Shown in pieces: positions 11,808-24,590 of a stretch of DNA of 64,000 bases. The notes below the pieces were generated by a model. That model was not told where the DNA came from. It ran no database searches and worked only from the letters and a program-made list of their open reading frames with translations. The DNA lies in NCBI RefSeq assembly GCF_902459465.1, contig NC_047068.1:6572001-6636000 (forward strand), read 5' to 3'. Numbering within the stretch: position 1 is the first letter of the stretch; every line of letters begins with the position of its first letter. This stretch comes from Asterias rubens (lineage: Eukaryota). Made by a program: the position numbers and the translations under genes.

Positions 11808-14076
11808 TCCCTCCATTACCACCCACCCACCCATCCTCCCTCCAAAACCACCCACCCACCCACCCTCCCTCCAAAACCACTCACCAACCCTCCGTGTCAA
11901 AACCACCCACAAACCCCCCCCTCCCTCCAACCCACCCTCCCTCCAAAACCACTCACCAACCCACCCTTCCTCCAAAACCACCCAACCACCCTCCCTCCCT
12001 CCAAAACCACCCACCAACCCACCCTCCAAAACCACCCGTCAACCCACCCTCCCTCCAAAACCTGCCGTCAACCCACCCTCCCTCCGAAACCACCCACCAA
12101 CCCACCCACCCTCCAAAACCAACCACCAACCCACCTTCCCCCAAAACCACCCACCAACCCACCCTACCTCCAAAACCACCCACCAACCCACCCTCCCTCC
12201 AAAACCACCCACCAACCCACCCACCCTCCAAAACCACCCGTCAACCCACCCTCCCTCAAAAACCACCCGTCAACCCACCCTCCCTCCAAAACCACCCGTC
12301 AACCTACCCTCCCTCCAAAACCACCCACCAACCCACCCTCCCTCCAAAACCACCCACCATCCCACCCTCCCCCAAAACCAACTACCAACCCACCCTCCCT
12401 CCAAAACCACCCACCAACCCACCCACCCTCCAACCCACCCTCCCCCAAAACCACCCGTCAACCCACCCTCCCTCCAAAACCAACTACCAACCCACCCTAC
12501 CTCCAAAACCACCCACCAACCCACCCTCCCTCCAAAACCACCCACCAACCCACCCACCCTCCAAAACCACCCGTCAACCCACCCTCCCTCCAAAACCACC
12601 CGTCAACCCACCCTCCCTCCAAAACCACCCGTCAACCTACCCTCCCTCCAAAACCACCCACCAACCCACCCTCCCTCCAAAACCACCCACCATCCCACCC
12701 TCCCCCAAAACCAACTACCAACCCACCCTCCCTCCAAAACCACCCACCACCCCACCCCCCCTCCAACCCACCCTCCCCCAAAACCACCCGTCAACCCACC
12801 CTCCCTCCAAAACCAACTACCAACCCACCCTCCCTCCAAAACCACCCACCAACCCACCCACCCTCCAAAACCACCCACCAACCCACCCTCCCCCAAAACC
12901 ACCCGTCAACCCACCCTCCCTTCAAAACCAACTACCAACCCACCCTCCCTCCAAAACCCACCCTCCCTCCAAAACCACCCACCAACCCACCCTCCCTCCA
13001 AAACCACCACCAACCCACCCACCCTCCAAAACCACCCACCAACCCACCCTCTCCCAAAACCACCCGTCAACCCACCCTCCCTCCAAAACCAACTACCAAC
13101 CCACCCTACCTCCAAAACCACCCACCAACCCACCCTCCCTCCAAAACCACCCACCAACCCACCCACCCTCCAAAACCACCCGTCAACCCACCCTCCCTCC
13201 AAAACCACCCGTCAACCCACCCTCCCTCCAAAACCACCCGTCAACCTACCCTCCCTCCAAAACCACCCACCAACCCACCCTCCCTCCAAAACCACCCACC
13301 ATCCCACCCTCCCCCAAAACCAACTACCAACCCACCCTCCCTCCAAAACCACCCACCAACCCACCCACCCTCCAACCCACCCTCCCCCAAAACCACCCGT
13401 CAACCCACCCTCCCTCCAAAACCAACTACCAACCCACCCTCCCTCCAAAACCACCCACCAACCCACCCACCCTCCAAAACCACCCACCAACCCACCCTCC
13501 CCCAAAACCACCCGTCAACCCACCCTCCCTTCAAAACCAACTACCAACCCACCCTCCCTCCAAAACCCACCCTCCCTCCAAAACCACCCACCAACCCACC
13601 CTCCCTCCAAAACCACCCACCAACCCACCCACCCTCCAAAACCACCCGTCAACCCACCCTCCCTCCAAAACCACCCGTCAACCCACCCTCCCTCCAAAAC
13701 CACCCGTCAACCTACCCTCCCTCCAAAACCACCCACCAACCCACCCTCCCTCCAAAACCACCCACCATCCCACCCTCCCCCAAAACCAACTACCAACCCA
13801 CCCTCCCTCCAAAACCACCCACCAACCCACCCACCCCCCAACCCACCCTCCCCCAAAACCACCCGTCAACCCACCCTCCCTCCAAAACCAACTACCAACC
13901 CACCCTCCCTCCAAAACCACCCACCAACCCACCCACCCTCCAAAACCACCCACCAACCCACCCTCCCCCAAAACCACCCGTCAACCCACCCTCCCTTCAA
14001 AACCAACTACCAACCCACCCTCCCTCCAAAACCCACCCTCCCTCCAAAACCACCCACCAACCCACCCTCCCTCCAA
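11808..14076. repeat. C/A-rich complex minisatellite, about 2.27 kb
   Basis: Built from CCACCCACCAAC / CCACCCGTCAAC / CCAACTACCAAC alternating with CCACCCTCCCTCCAAAA (about 29 bp dimer); higher-order blocks of about 610-640 bp seen as recurring ORF starts. Confidence 0.95.
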
Positions 14077-14499
14077 TTCAACTAAAAATATTTGATATTG
14101 ACTTTGATCTGTTTCCAAACCGTAAACGTGGCAAGACGATGATGAACTAAATTAAATGTTCTTCCTAACCAGAGAATTGAAGCATACAATGTTGGATATA
14201 TTCTATTGAAATGGTAATTTTCAATGGTAGTGCGTCATTGTTACCAGGGAAACAGGTTAAATAAAACCACGGAGTGTTTAGAATCTGTCTTTTTAATACA
14301 ATATATTGAACACGATACCAGCCTGTCCAACCACCGAGTGAAATCAATTTTTTAATGTTATTTTTTTATTTTGCATATCAGTCTTAGTTTTATTGGTTAT
14401 GCTAGCATTCCACATCATATTCGGTTTCAGTGAGGAAAACATACTGCGATAGCCTACCATTCTGTACTTGTACGGCTTTTGGTAATGGCCTTAAGTGTT

Positions 14500-15030
14500 A
14501 TTTAAGGGAATCAATGTGTAGTGAAGAGGTTAATCCCAACGAGGCCTGGTTCTTGATAATTTTACCGAGACGAAGTCGAGGTAAATTATAAAGAACCGGG
14601 CCTCGGCGGGTTTAAACCACTAGTTGAAAACCGATTCAACACACTTTGTTTCCCATTCATAATTACCTTTTCGGTCAAAAACCTCATCACTTTTTGGTCA
14701 AAAAGTAAAATAAATGCAAATAATAAATGCATTATAATTGTTAAATAATTTCTTTCAACACAACACCCCTCCAGATGAAATGGTAAAGCCCTCTGCCGCC
14801 CTCGGGTAAACAACTCCTCATAAGGGAATGCTGTGCGCGTCGCGCGTATCGCGTGATGTGGCACAACTGTCTCAGCCGTTGCTCTCGACCAATAGGAATG
14901 AAGAAACTGTCTTATAAGAACAGGTGCAAGGTCGCGTGTCACGCCCATGAATTAACACTTTTTACCGGTCATAAACAAAGGTTTATACACACCCACGTGA
15001 AAAGCGAAACTGTCTGGGGTATTTATGAAT
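14500..15030. mobile_element. Non-autonomous element with central hairpin
   Basis: CGAGGCCTGGTTCTTGATAATTTTACC-GAGACGAAGTCGA-GGTAAATTATAAAGAACCGGGCCTCG at about 14540-14605; element boundaries approximate. Confidence 0.45.
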
Positions 15031-17100
15031 ATCAGATCGTACTATCATTTGTAGGTCACATATGTCTTTAACACTGACTTGCTTGTGTTCTAAATTGGTT
15101 GAGGACAAACCTGACGGAGCAAAATCTCTCCAATAGACCTGTTTTTGTTCGCGACGTCACGTCCGACTTTTGCCAAGCTAGCAAGGTTTGGATTCTATGA
15201 GAAACCAAAATAGTGATATATTTGTTGGAAACAACGAAACCAGTCATGGCATGCATTTTGACCAAAAAAATATGAATATTTTGTTGCAGAAATGTTGAAT
15301 TTTATCACAATATATTAACATACGATTGAATGTTTTGCTATCACTCGGGCCGTCCATGCAAACCAGCGCGGTTAGTTTGTGAACAATAGAAGGGTTTATA
15401 ATACAGGGATTCACTATGATAAAGCGCCACCAAAAGTCATGTTTAGTTCTCTCATTCACACGAGAAGAGTTTTGCAATGATAAAGACGTGCTTATATTTT
15501 GTTAACCGAATATAATTACATCGACTCATCCATAAAAACCACCATAAAACTTAAATTAACACTAAAAAAGACCCATAATTTCTTCTGCCAATTCCAGTAT
15601 GCTACACAAACTATCACGACGATGAAATTAATTAACCGTTAAATTCAACTAAGAAGCACACCGGGTAGTAGTTATTATTGCAACTGAACACTGGCCGTGT
15701 TGCCAGGGTAACAAGTAAGCATAAACAACCTAAGGTGAAGTCAATCAATTATTGGCAAGTCTAATTTACTGCAGAACTACGCCGTACAACCGCCGGTTAA
15801 ACACGATATTTGTTTGTATAGAGTGAAGAAGCAGTTCCTACATAAGCAGTCTAGAATTTAAACCTATGCGAATTCAAAGCGAAAACACAAGAAGGTTTTA
15901 GAACTTTCTCAGAATAACCGAGTAAAACTATAAAGACAAAAACAAAAGACGACAAAAATCACCAAATGGGGGAAATACGGACCCCATAAAAAGGCATGAA
16001 TTTTACAAAATGCTGGTAACTGAACAAAATTGTTGAGGTTGAATTCCAGCCAAGATACCATATTATTACATATTACATCTTGACTGGTACTTTGCTCATT
16101 TCTGCTCAGCGGAAAACGGTTCAGCAATATTTTCCTAGTAATTGGGTCAAAGCTGGAGAACTTTAACCAAGGAATGGCATAATAATGGATTTATACAAAG
16201 TAAGCAAACGTTTTGTGCTACACCAATCACCCATAACATGGTGCATAAAACCTAGAGGCTTGAATGTATAGATACTGCAATACCTGTTTTAACAAACCAT
16301 TTTTCAATTGAATTAAATTTAATTTAATTGAATTTAATAATGGGCTTTGGTCGTTACGTTGTTAACATTCGCAAGCTAATCCCAACTGAGAATGTGCTGA
16401 ATGTGAACCCCAAGTAATGGTAGTTTTTATCTCTGGAACGAGAGTATGGCTAAGAGAGTTCAGGATTACGATTGGTGCTTTCATATGAGCAGGACCTTAA
16501 CTTTGCATTTTTAGGGGTACAAGCGATGCGTCCTGACTAACAGCAGTGGGGAAAAAATGCATAATTAAAAGGGAAGCATATTGTTGTTTTTCCATTAGTT
16601 TCACAAAACTATGATTGAATGATTTACTAACATTAGACCATCCAAATACTAACCAGCGCGGTTTGTTTATTAAAAAATGTAGGACGTTATATCAGGTGAT
16701 TCTCTAAAAAAAAATAAAGCGCGCCACCAGTAGTCTTGTTTTATTCTCTAATTCAAACAAACAGTTTTGCTAAGAAGTTGATGGGTTCGCATTTAAAAAC
16801 AAAAAAGGGATGTGATGAGTTAATAGACCATACCCTCGTCATGAAATGAGAGACAAAATGGCTGCCTGCTTTGGCTCTTCCCATAGGGATGTAGTTGCGA
16901 AGTTAAATGATAAACCTTGGAGGTAGGATTCGCATAGCTGCCATTGAGTGTTACTAATTGAATTCACGATCAAGAGTTGAAGTATATTGTGAAACCATTT
17001 TGCCAACGTTGCAAGGACAACAGCATGTGGGTTGATGTTTTTGTAAAAGGAGAGTGTTTTGGGAGTGGTTTTCGAGGGAGGGTGGTTCGGTGGTTTCTTT

Positions 17101-18930
17101 AATAGTAATAATAATAACCGAATTTATAAAGCGCCTTTTCCAAAGGATGCAAAGCGCTAGGGATAATGCAACCAAAAACCCAAAAAGAGAAAAAGACTAG
17201 AATCAAAAACACATTAGATGGAACGATTAAACAGATGTGTTTTTAAAAGTCCTTTAAACTGTTCTACAGAAGAAGCGTTCCGGATGTTTGTTGGGTGTGA
17301 GTTCCAGTTGCAGGGACCAGCGATGGAGAATGCACGGTCTCCAAACTACCTTGAGGATCGAGGTACTACTAGATTGGATTGAGATCGAAGACCTTCACAT
17401 TTGGGTTTGCTGAGATCTAGTGTGTCTGAAATGTAGGATGGGAAAGTTTTTGTAAGCGGTTGAGATCGTGTTGCTTCAGTCCAGTGAGAAGGGAGTTGCA
17501 GTAGTCGAGGCGTTAGAGTACCAGTGCACGAACAACAGAATGACAGGTGTCATAATCCAGGTATTTGCGTATCATTGTGATGTTGTGTATGTGATAGTTA
17601 ACGGATCTGCAGAGACCAGTGACATGTCGACTCATTGACATGGAGTTGTCGAAAGTTACTCCCAGGTTCCGAACGGATGAGACAGGATTGATGGTTGCGT
17701 TTCCTATGGTGAGGGTTAGTAGCTCAAGACGTTTGTAGTGATATGATGACGATGCTATGAAAAACTCTGTTTTATTTTCATTCAGCACGATTTTGTTTGC
17801 GAGCATCCAGGTTTGGACCTCCTGGATACGGTTGGATAGCCTAAACAAGCAGCCCTCGGCATCACACGGGATGGTAGGATCAAAACCTAGGTAAATTTAA
17901 ATGTCATCAGCATACATGTGGTAGTTGACTCCATGCCGATGAAGGATGTCCCCGATAGGAGTAACGTACATGGTGAATGCACGTGGACCGATAACAGAAC
18001 CTTGAGGGACACCAAACTCAAGGTGATGGACATCAGAGTTGGCACCTGCGGCATGGACCCAATGTGTTCTTCTTGTAAAGTAGGACGAGAACCACTGAAG
18101 AGCAGTACCAGTGATCCCGAAACGATCACGAAAGCGCTGTAGTAGGATATCGTGGTCAAGGGTATCAAAAGCAGCAGAGAGGTCGAGCATTACTAAGAAA
18201 ACTGCTCTGCTGCCGTCCATTATGCGGAGGATGTCGTTGTGTACCCTGAGAAGAGCTGTCTCGGTGCTGTGACCAACTCTGTATGCGACTGCAATGGATC
18301 GAGTAGCTTGTGGTCGTCCAGGTATTGAGTGAGTTGGGAGCAGACTACCGTTTCAATGACTTTCGACAGGTAGCGGATGTTGGAAACTGGGCGATAGTTC
18401 TTGAGTTCTTCTTTATCCATTGAAGGCTTTTTCAAGATTGGTGTTACTATTGCATCCCCCAGACTCTTTGGAAAGACACCTGACTGTAGGGATGCATAAA
18501 CAATCTCAGTCAGCTTGGGAAGGAATGTCATGATGTGACGCTTGAGTACTGATGTGGGAATTGGATCCAGCTGGCATGATTTGTTGGTGGATCGCTGAAC
18601 AATCTTCAAGAGTTTTTCCGAAGTAACAGGATGAAAATCCGACAACTGGCAGTCTGAAGACGGCAAGGTAACCGACAATTGCTGATCGACGTGTTGATCA
18701 GCAATAAACAAACGAATGTTCTTTACCTTCTCCATAAAGTGTTGGCTAAATTGCTTGGCCAGCGCGGTTGGTGATATTGAAACGGTAGGTTCTTGTGGGA
18801 TGCTGCCAATTAATTTTATTGACGGTACGGAAGATGACTTTAGGGATTGCGGCAGTGATGCTTCGTAAAAACGCTTGGTTCTACTCCGTGAAACTGAAGT
18901 TTTCTCTTTTGTCATTTTGGGCTTTGTGTG
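17101..18930 (-). mobile_element. 5'-truncated L2/CR1-group LINE (RT domain, frameshifted)
   Basis: ORFs with LKKPSMDKEELKNYRPVSNI, LDLSAAFDTLDH, GVPQGSVIGP, MYADD, RNLGVTFD; 3' end GGCGCTTTATAAATTCGG(TTA)n; 134 bp deletion relative to the second copy. Confidence 0.92.
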
Positions 18931-19085
18931 AGAGTGGGTGGTTTTGAGGGAGGTGGGATGGTGGGTGGTTTGGAGGGAGGTTCGGTTGATGGGTGGTTTT
19001 GGAGAGAAATTGGGATGGTAGTAGTTTGGAGGATGGGTTGGTGAGTGGTTTAGAGGAGATGGTTAGTGGGTGGTTTTAGAGCGAG
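18931..19085. repeat. Short degenerate G-rich repeat (reverse complement of the satellite motif)
   Basis: GGGTGGTTTTGAGGGAGGTGGG-type motifs; paralogs at 24591-24745, 28356-28495 and 33293-33433. Confidence 0.75.
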
Positions 19086-20142
19086 TTTAGAGTAGCCGGT
19101 AACACTTTGCACTAAAATCAACGTCAAAATATACAAGTACATTGTGCAGAAAATGTTTAATACTTTGTAATTAAATAACTGTTGATAATTGTGCTGAGAA
19201 AATGGTGCAAATACACAATCTTGAAAAAGTTTTTAGATTTGAAACACATTTCTAAGAATACTTCTGTAACGACGTTTTCCTCATGTTATTCTTAATCATG
19301 TTTAGACTCTTGCGTGAGTTTGAATCCTACAAACCATGTAAGCAGGTGTCAAAATGATTACCACATGTTTAGAAAGTCGGTACAACTTATATTGTAAACT
19401 AAGCACTGTTTTTACAGTGCATCATAACCTTAAAAACAACAGCTAAATTAAACAATTTTGTAAAGTTTTCAGGATCAAGATCTGCAATCATAATCAAATC
19501 GACCGTCACCTAAAAAACATATTTTTGTTTAGTGTCTGACGAAACAAAAAATCACTAATCCTGTTCATTAAACACCAAGAGTTAAAAAATGTGAACCTAA
19601 TCAACACGTTTTCAATCGGTTACTGTGTCTTCCATTTCCACCTTTAGCCGTTGTTTTATGGTCCTTGCTGCTTTCTAGACAAACCATCGTCCCAAAAACT
19701 TGCTAAAGCAGAGAACATTTACGAATAAATATGGCAAAAATTGCACCAGACTAGTTAACAATGAAGCATTGGGCCGTGCCTGTATTGGCGACTGCAGGCT
19801 GTGGCAGTTGAGTGTGTCAAATTGGTACCATTACATTGTATTGACCTCTTGCACCAACGTTACATACGACTACTGCCTGCCACCCTCGCCCCCTCTATAA
19901 CATACGCTTATAAAGCTACGGCTTTACTTTGACTACACGATATAATTGTCAACATACCTCATTCATCATCATTGAATTTACCATCCACTAGAAATCTCAG
20001 TTATTGAGTATCCCACAAAAAACAATCATCACTAAACACCAACAATTAAAAGTTTCTAGTTTCATCAATAGATGACAATCCGTTTCTGTACCTCCATAAT
20101 TCTCCTTCATGTCTCCACCGTTTCCTAATGACCCTTGCTGCT

Positions 20143-20769
20143 TCATGGACAAACCATCTTCCCTCCAGCTTGTTTAGGCAGATTGAAGGAGTGACATCGG
20201 GGATGTGAACGGCAAGCCTTCCCGCATGATCCGACGCCTTCACCCATGAACTCCTCCATGGCGTGGTGTAGCAGGCACTGAGGAGTGAGGCGGCCACCAC
20301 TGCTAACAGGGAGCTCGCATACGACAAAGTGAGAGTTTTCGCAGTGGTCATCGTTCCATGTACCACCCCTCCACTTGATTTGGACCCCACAATCTTCACC
20401 ATTTAAGTCGTTTGGCTCTCCATCCTTCCAATTCTCATAGGCGTTGGTTTCACCCTTCAACGGACAGTTCTGCCAGTTTCCCTCCTCCAATATGTCATTG
20501 CAACCAATCCAAAGATGGTCATCTGGTGTCAGATCAGGTTCTTTCAGGAATAGTTCCCATATGTTATCCTGTTCGGATTGAGAGTTTGGGATAGCTAGGT
20601 TTGCTCGTGACTCGGCACAAGTGCGATTTGCTTGGTACCAATCCATCTTGTCCTTTATAATGAAGTAACATGACTCGCCGTATCGGTGCCAATCAGGAGG
20701 GCAGATTTCAGCCATTAAACGGGCACAGTAAATGCCAAGAACAAGACTCAATACTTGAGCTATATGCAT
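20143..20769 (-). CDS. Secreted C-type lectin L2, 208 aa, single coding exon
   Basis: Signal peptide; CPPDW..ESCYF, WIGCND, EPN, EDC, WND, VCE; C-terminal CGKACRSHPRCHSFN PAN/apple-like tail; intact ORF. Confidence 0.92.
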   Translation of the reverse strand: MHIAQVLSLVLGIYCARLMAEICPPDWHRYGESCYFIIKDKMDWYQANRTCAESRANLAIPNSQSEQDNIWELFLKEPDLTPDDHLWIGCNDILEEGNWQNCPLKGETNAYENWKDGEPNDLNGEDCGVQIKWRGGTWNDDHCENSHFVVCELPVSSGGRLTPQCLLHHAMEEFMGEGVGSCGKACRSHPRCHSFNLPKQAGGKMVCP

Positions 20770-21000
20770 CTTGTAAATTCTTCAAAATGCTTGAAAACGA
20801 CTGCAAAAGATAAACGAGTAGAATATTTTATCTGTTTTATACAGACAGTAACAGTCGCCAGACAATGGTGAACAAAATGGTAGACAGTCTCCAGCCAAAT
20901 CCAGCTAATTCTTAAAATGTCTGAAATACTTCAAAGTACAGTATTTGAAATAATCCAGAAACTGATACAGTTTGTCAGACGTTGAGTGTTCGAGCAGCTT

Positions 21001-21033
21001 ACTGATGACGTGGATATCTTTTAGTGGTTTATA
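21001..21033 (-). promoter_or_regulatory. TATA box plus Inr-like TCAGT for L2
   Basis: TATAAA at 21033-21028, with the A of TCAGT 30 bp downstream. Confidence 0.55.
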
Positions 21034-22631
21034 CCGTGGTGGTGTTGTTGAACAAAGTGCAAACTAAACATTGATTTCACGGAGATGCGCCCCATTAAAA
21101 TGGTTATTATTGCAACCTCAAGGCTGGCCGTGTTTTCGAGGGCAACAACTAAACACAAACTATCACGACGATGAAATCAATCAACCTTTAAATTCACCGG
21201 GTAGTAGTTATTATTGCAACTGAACACTGGCCGTGTTGCCAGGGTAACAAGTTAACCTAAACAACCCAAGGTGAAGTCAATCAATTATTGGCAAGTCTAA
21301 TTTACTGCAGAACCACGCCGTACAACCGCCGGGTAAACACGATATTTGTTTGTATAGAGTGCAGAAGCAGTTCCTATATAAGCAGTATAGAATTCAAACC
21401 TATGCGAATTCAAAGCGAAAACCCAAGAAGGTTTTAGAACTTTCTCAGAATAACCGAGTAAAACTATAAAGACAAAAACAAAAGACGACAAAAATCACCA
21501 AATGGGGGAAATACGGACCCCATAAAAAGGCATGAATTTTACAAAATGCTGGTAACTGAACAAAATTGTTGAGGTTGAATTCCAGCCAAGATACCATATT
21601 ATTACATATTACATTTTGACTGGTACTTTGCTCATTTCTGCTCAGCGGGAAACGGTTCAGCAATATTTTCTTAGTAATTGGGTCAAAGCTGGAGAACTTT
21701 AACCAAGGAATGGCATAATAATGGATTTATACAGAGTAAGCAAACGTTTTGTGCTACACCAATCACCCATAACATGGTGCATAAAACCTAGAGGCTTGAA
21801 TGTATGGATATTGCAATACCTGTTTTAATAAACCATTTTTCAATTGAATTAAATTAAATTTAATTGAATTTAATAATGGGCTTTGGTCGTTACGTTGTTA
21901 ACATTCGCAAGCTACCCCAACTAAGAATGTGCTGAATGTGAACCCCAAGTAGTGGTAGTTTTTACCTCTGGAACGAGAGTATGGCTAAGAGAGTTCAGGA
22001 GTTACGATTGGTGCTTTCATATGAGCAGGACCTTAACTTTGCATTTTTAGGGGTACAAGCGATGCGTCCTGACTAACAGCAGTGGGGAAAAAAATGCATA
22101 ATTAAAAGGGAAGCATATTGTTGTTTTTCCATTAGTTTCACAAAACTATGATTAAATGATTTGCTAACATTAGACCATCCAAATACTGACCAGCGCGGTT
22201 TGTTTATTAAAAAATGTAGGACGTTCTATCAGGTGATTCTCTAAAAAAAAATAAAGCGCGCCACCAGTAGTCTTGTTTTATTCTCTAAATCAAACAAACA
22301 GTTTTGCTAAGAAGTTGATGGGTTCGCATAAAAAAAAGGATGTGATGAGTTAATAGACCATACCCTCGTCATGAAATGAGAGACAAAATGGCTGCCTGCT
22401 TTGGCTCTTCCCATAGGGATGTAGTTGCGAAGTTAAATGATAAACCTTGGAGGTAGGATTCGCATAGCTGCCATTGAGTGTTACTAATTGAATTCACGAT
22501 CAAGAGTTGAAATATAAGTGTGAAACCTTTCTGCCAACGTTGCAAGGACAACAGCATGTGGGTTGATGTTTTTGTATAGGGAGGGTGTTTTGGGAGTGGT
22601 TTTGGAGGGAGGGTGGTTCGGTGGTTTCTTT

Positions 22632-24590
22632 AATAGTAATAATAATAACCGAATTTATAAAGCGCCTTTTCCAAAGGATGCAAAGCGCTATGGATAATGC
22701 AACCAAAAGCCCAAAAAGAGAAAAAGACTAGAATCAAAAACACATTAGATGGAACGATTAAACAGATGTGTTTTTAAAAGTCCTTTAAACTGTTCTACAG
22801 AAGAAGCGTTCCGGATGTTTGTTGGGAGTGAGTTCCAGTTGCAGGGACCAGCGATGGAGAATGCACGGTCTCAAAACTTCCTTGAGGATCGAGGTACTAC
22901 TAGATTGGATTGAGATCGAAGACCTTCACGTTTGGGTTTGCTGAGATCTAGTGTGTCTGAAATGTAGGATGGGAAAGTATTGGATACAGTTTTGATTACG
23001 TTCAGTGCCGTCTTAAATTGATCCGCTGGTCGACCGGAAGCCAATGGAGATCCGTGAGCAGAGGTGTGGCATGGGAATACTTAGGATCAGTCGAGCAGCC
23101 TTGTTTTGGAGTTTTTGTAAGCGGTTGAGATCGTGTTGCTTCAGTCCAGTGAGAAGGGAGTTGCAGTAGTCGAGGCGTGAGAGTACCAGTGCACGAACAA
23201 CAGAATGACAGGTGTCATAATCCAGGTATTTGCGTATCATTGTGATGTTGTGTATGTGATAGTTAACGGATCTGCAGAGACCAGTGACATGTCGACTCAT
23301 TGACATGGAGTTGTCGAAAGTTACTCCCAGGTTCCGAACGGATGAGACAGGATTGATGGTTGCGTTTCCTATGGTGAGGGTTAGTAGCTCAAGACGTTTG
23401 TAGTGATATGGTGACGATGCTATGAAAAACTGTTTTGTTTTCATTCAGCATGAGTTTGTTTGCGATCATCCAGGTTGGACCTCCTGGATACGGTTGGATA
23501 GCCTAAACAAGCAGCCCTCGGCATCACACGGGATGGTAGGATCAAAACCTAGGTAAATTTGAATGTCATCAGCATACATGTGGTAGTTGACTCCATGCCG
23601 ATGAAGGATGTCCCCGATAGGAGTAACGTACATGGTGAATGCACGTGGACCGATAACAGAACCTTGAGGGACACCAAACTCAAGGTGATGGACATCAGAC
23701 TTGGCACCTGCGGCATGGACCCAATGTGTTCTTCTTGTAAAGTAGGACGAGAACCACTGAAGAGCAGTACCAGTGATCCCAAAACGTTCACGAAAGCGCT
23801 GTAGTAGGATATCGTGGTCAAGGGTATCAAAAGCAGCAGAGAGGTCGAGCGTTACTAAGAAAACTGCTCTGCTGCCGTCCATTATGCGGAGGATGTCGTT
23901 GTGTACCCTGAGAAGAGCTGTCTCGGTGCTGTGACCAACTCTGTATGCGACTGCAATGGATCGAGTAGCTTGTGGTCGTCCAGGTATTGAGTGAGTTGGG
24001 AGCAGACTACCGTTTCAATGACTTTGGACAGGTAGCGGATGTTGGAAACTGGGCGATAGTTCTTGAGTTCTTCTTTATCCATTGAAGGCTTTTTCAAGAT
24101 TGGTGTTACTATTGCATCCCCAGACTCTTTGGAAAGACACCTGACTGTAGGGATGCATAAACAATCTCAGTCAGCTTGGGAAGGAATGTCATGATGTGAC
24201 GCTTGAGTACTGATGTGGGAATTGGATCCAGCTGGCATGATTTGTTGGTGGATCGCTGAACAATCTTCAAGAGTTTTTCCGAAGTAACAGGATGAAAATC
24301 CGACAACTGGCAGTCTGAAGACGGCAAGGTAACCGACAATTGCTGATCGACGTGTTGATCAGCAATAAACAAACGAATGTTCTTTACCTTCTCCATAAAG
24401 TGGTGACTAAATTGCTTGGCCAGCGCGGTTGGTGATATTGAAACGGTAGGTTCTTGTGGGATGCTGCCAATTAATTCATTGACGGTACGGAAGATGACTT
24501 TAGGGATTGCGGCAGTGATGCTTCGTAAAAACGCTTGGTTCTACTCCGTGAAACTGAAGTTTTCTCTTTTGTCATTTTGGGCTTTGTGTG
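22632..24590 (-). mobile_element. 5'-truncated L2/CR1-group LINE, duplicate of 17101-18930
   Basis: Same RT motifs, same truncation point and same flanks, so it was copied with the segment. Confidence 0.92.

Larger units (their letters stand above)
15604..21096. repeat. Segmental duplication unit A (L2 LINE + G-rich repeat + lectin L2 + promoter)
   Basis: Collinear and near-identical to 21153-26763 over its whole length. Confidence 0.92.

Noticed and set aside
11781-13977. Many G/W/V-rich minus-strand ORFs
   Set aside because: Antisense translations of the same satellite.
11769-14150. 793 aa and 733 aa Pro/Thr-rich ORFs resembling a mucin or extensin
   Set aside because: Two frames are open at once because the C/A-rich satellite strand has almost no stop codons. 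There is no signal peptide or unique domain, and paralogous sites have only about 150 bp of the repeat.
20143-20145. Conserved TGA after the terminal Cys-Pro of the lectins as a possible selenocysteine
   Set aside because: An in-frame TAG follows five codons later in all copies, and no SECIS-like element was recognised.
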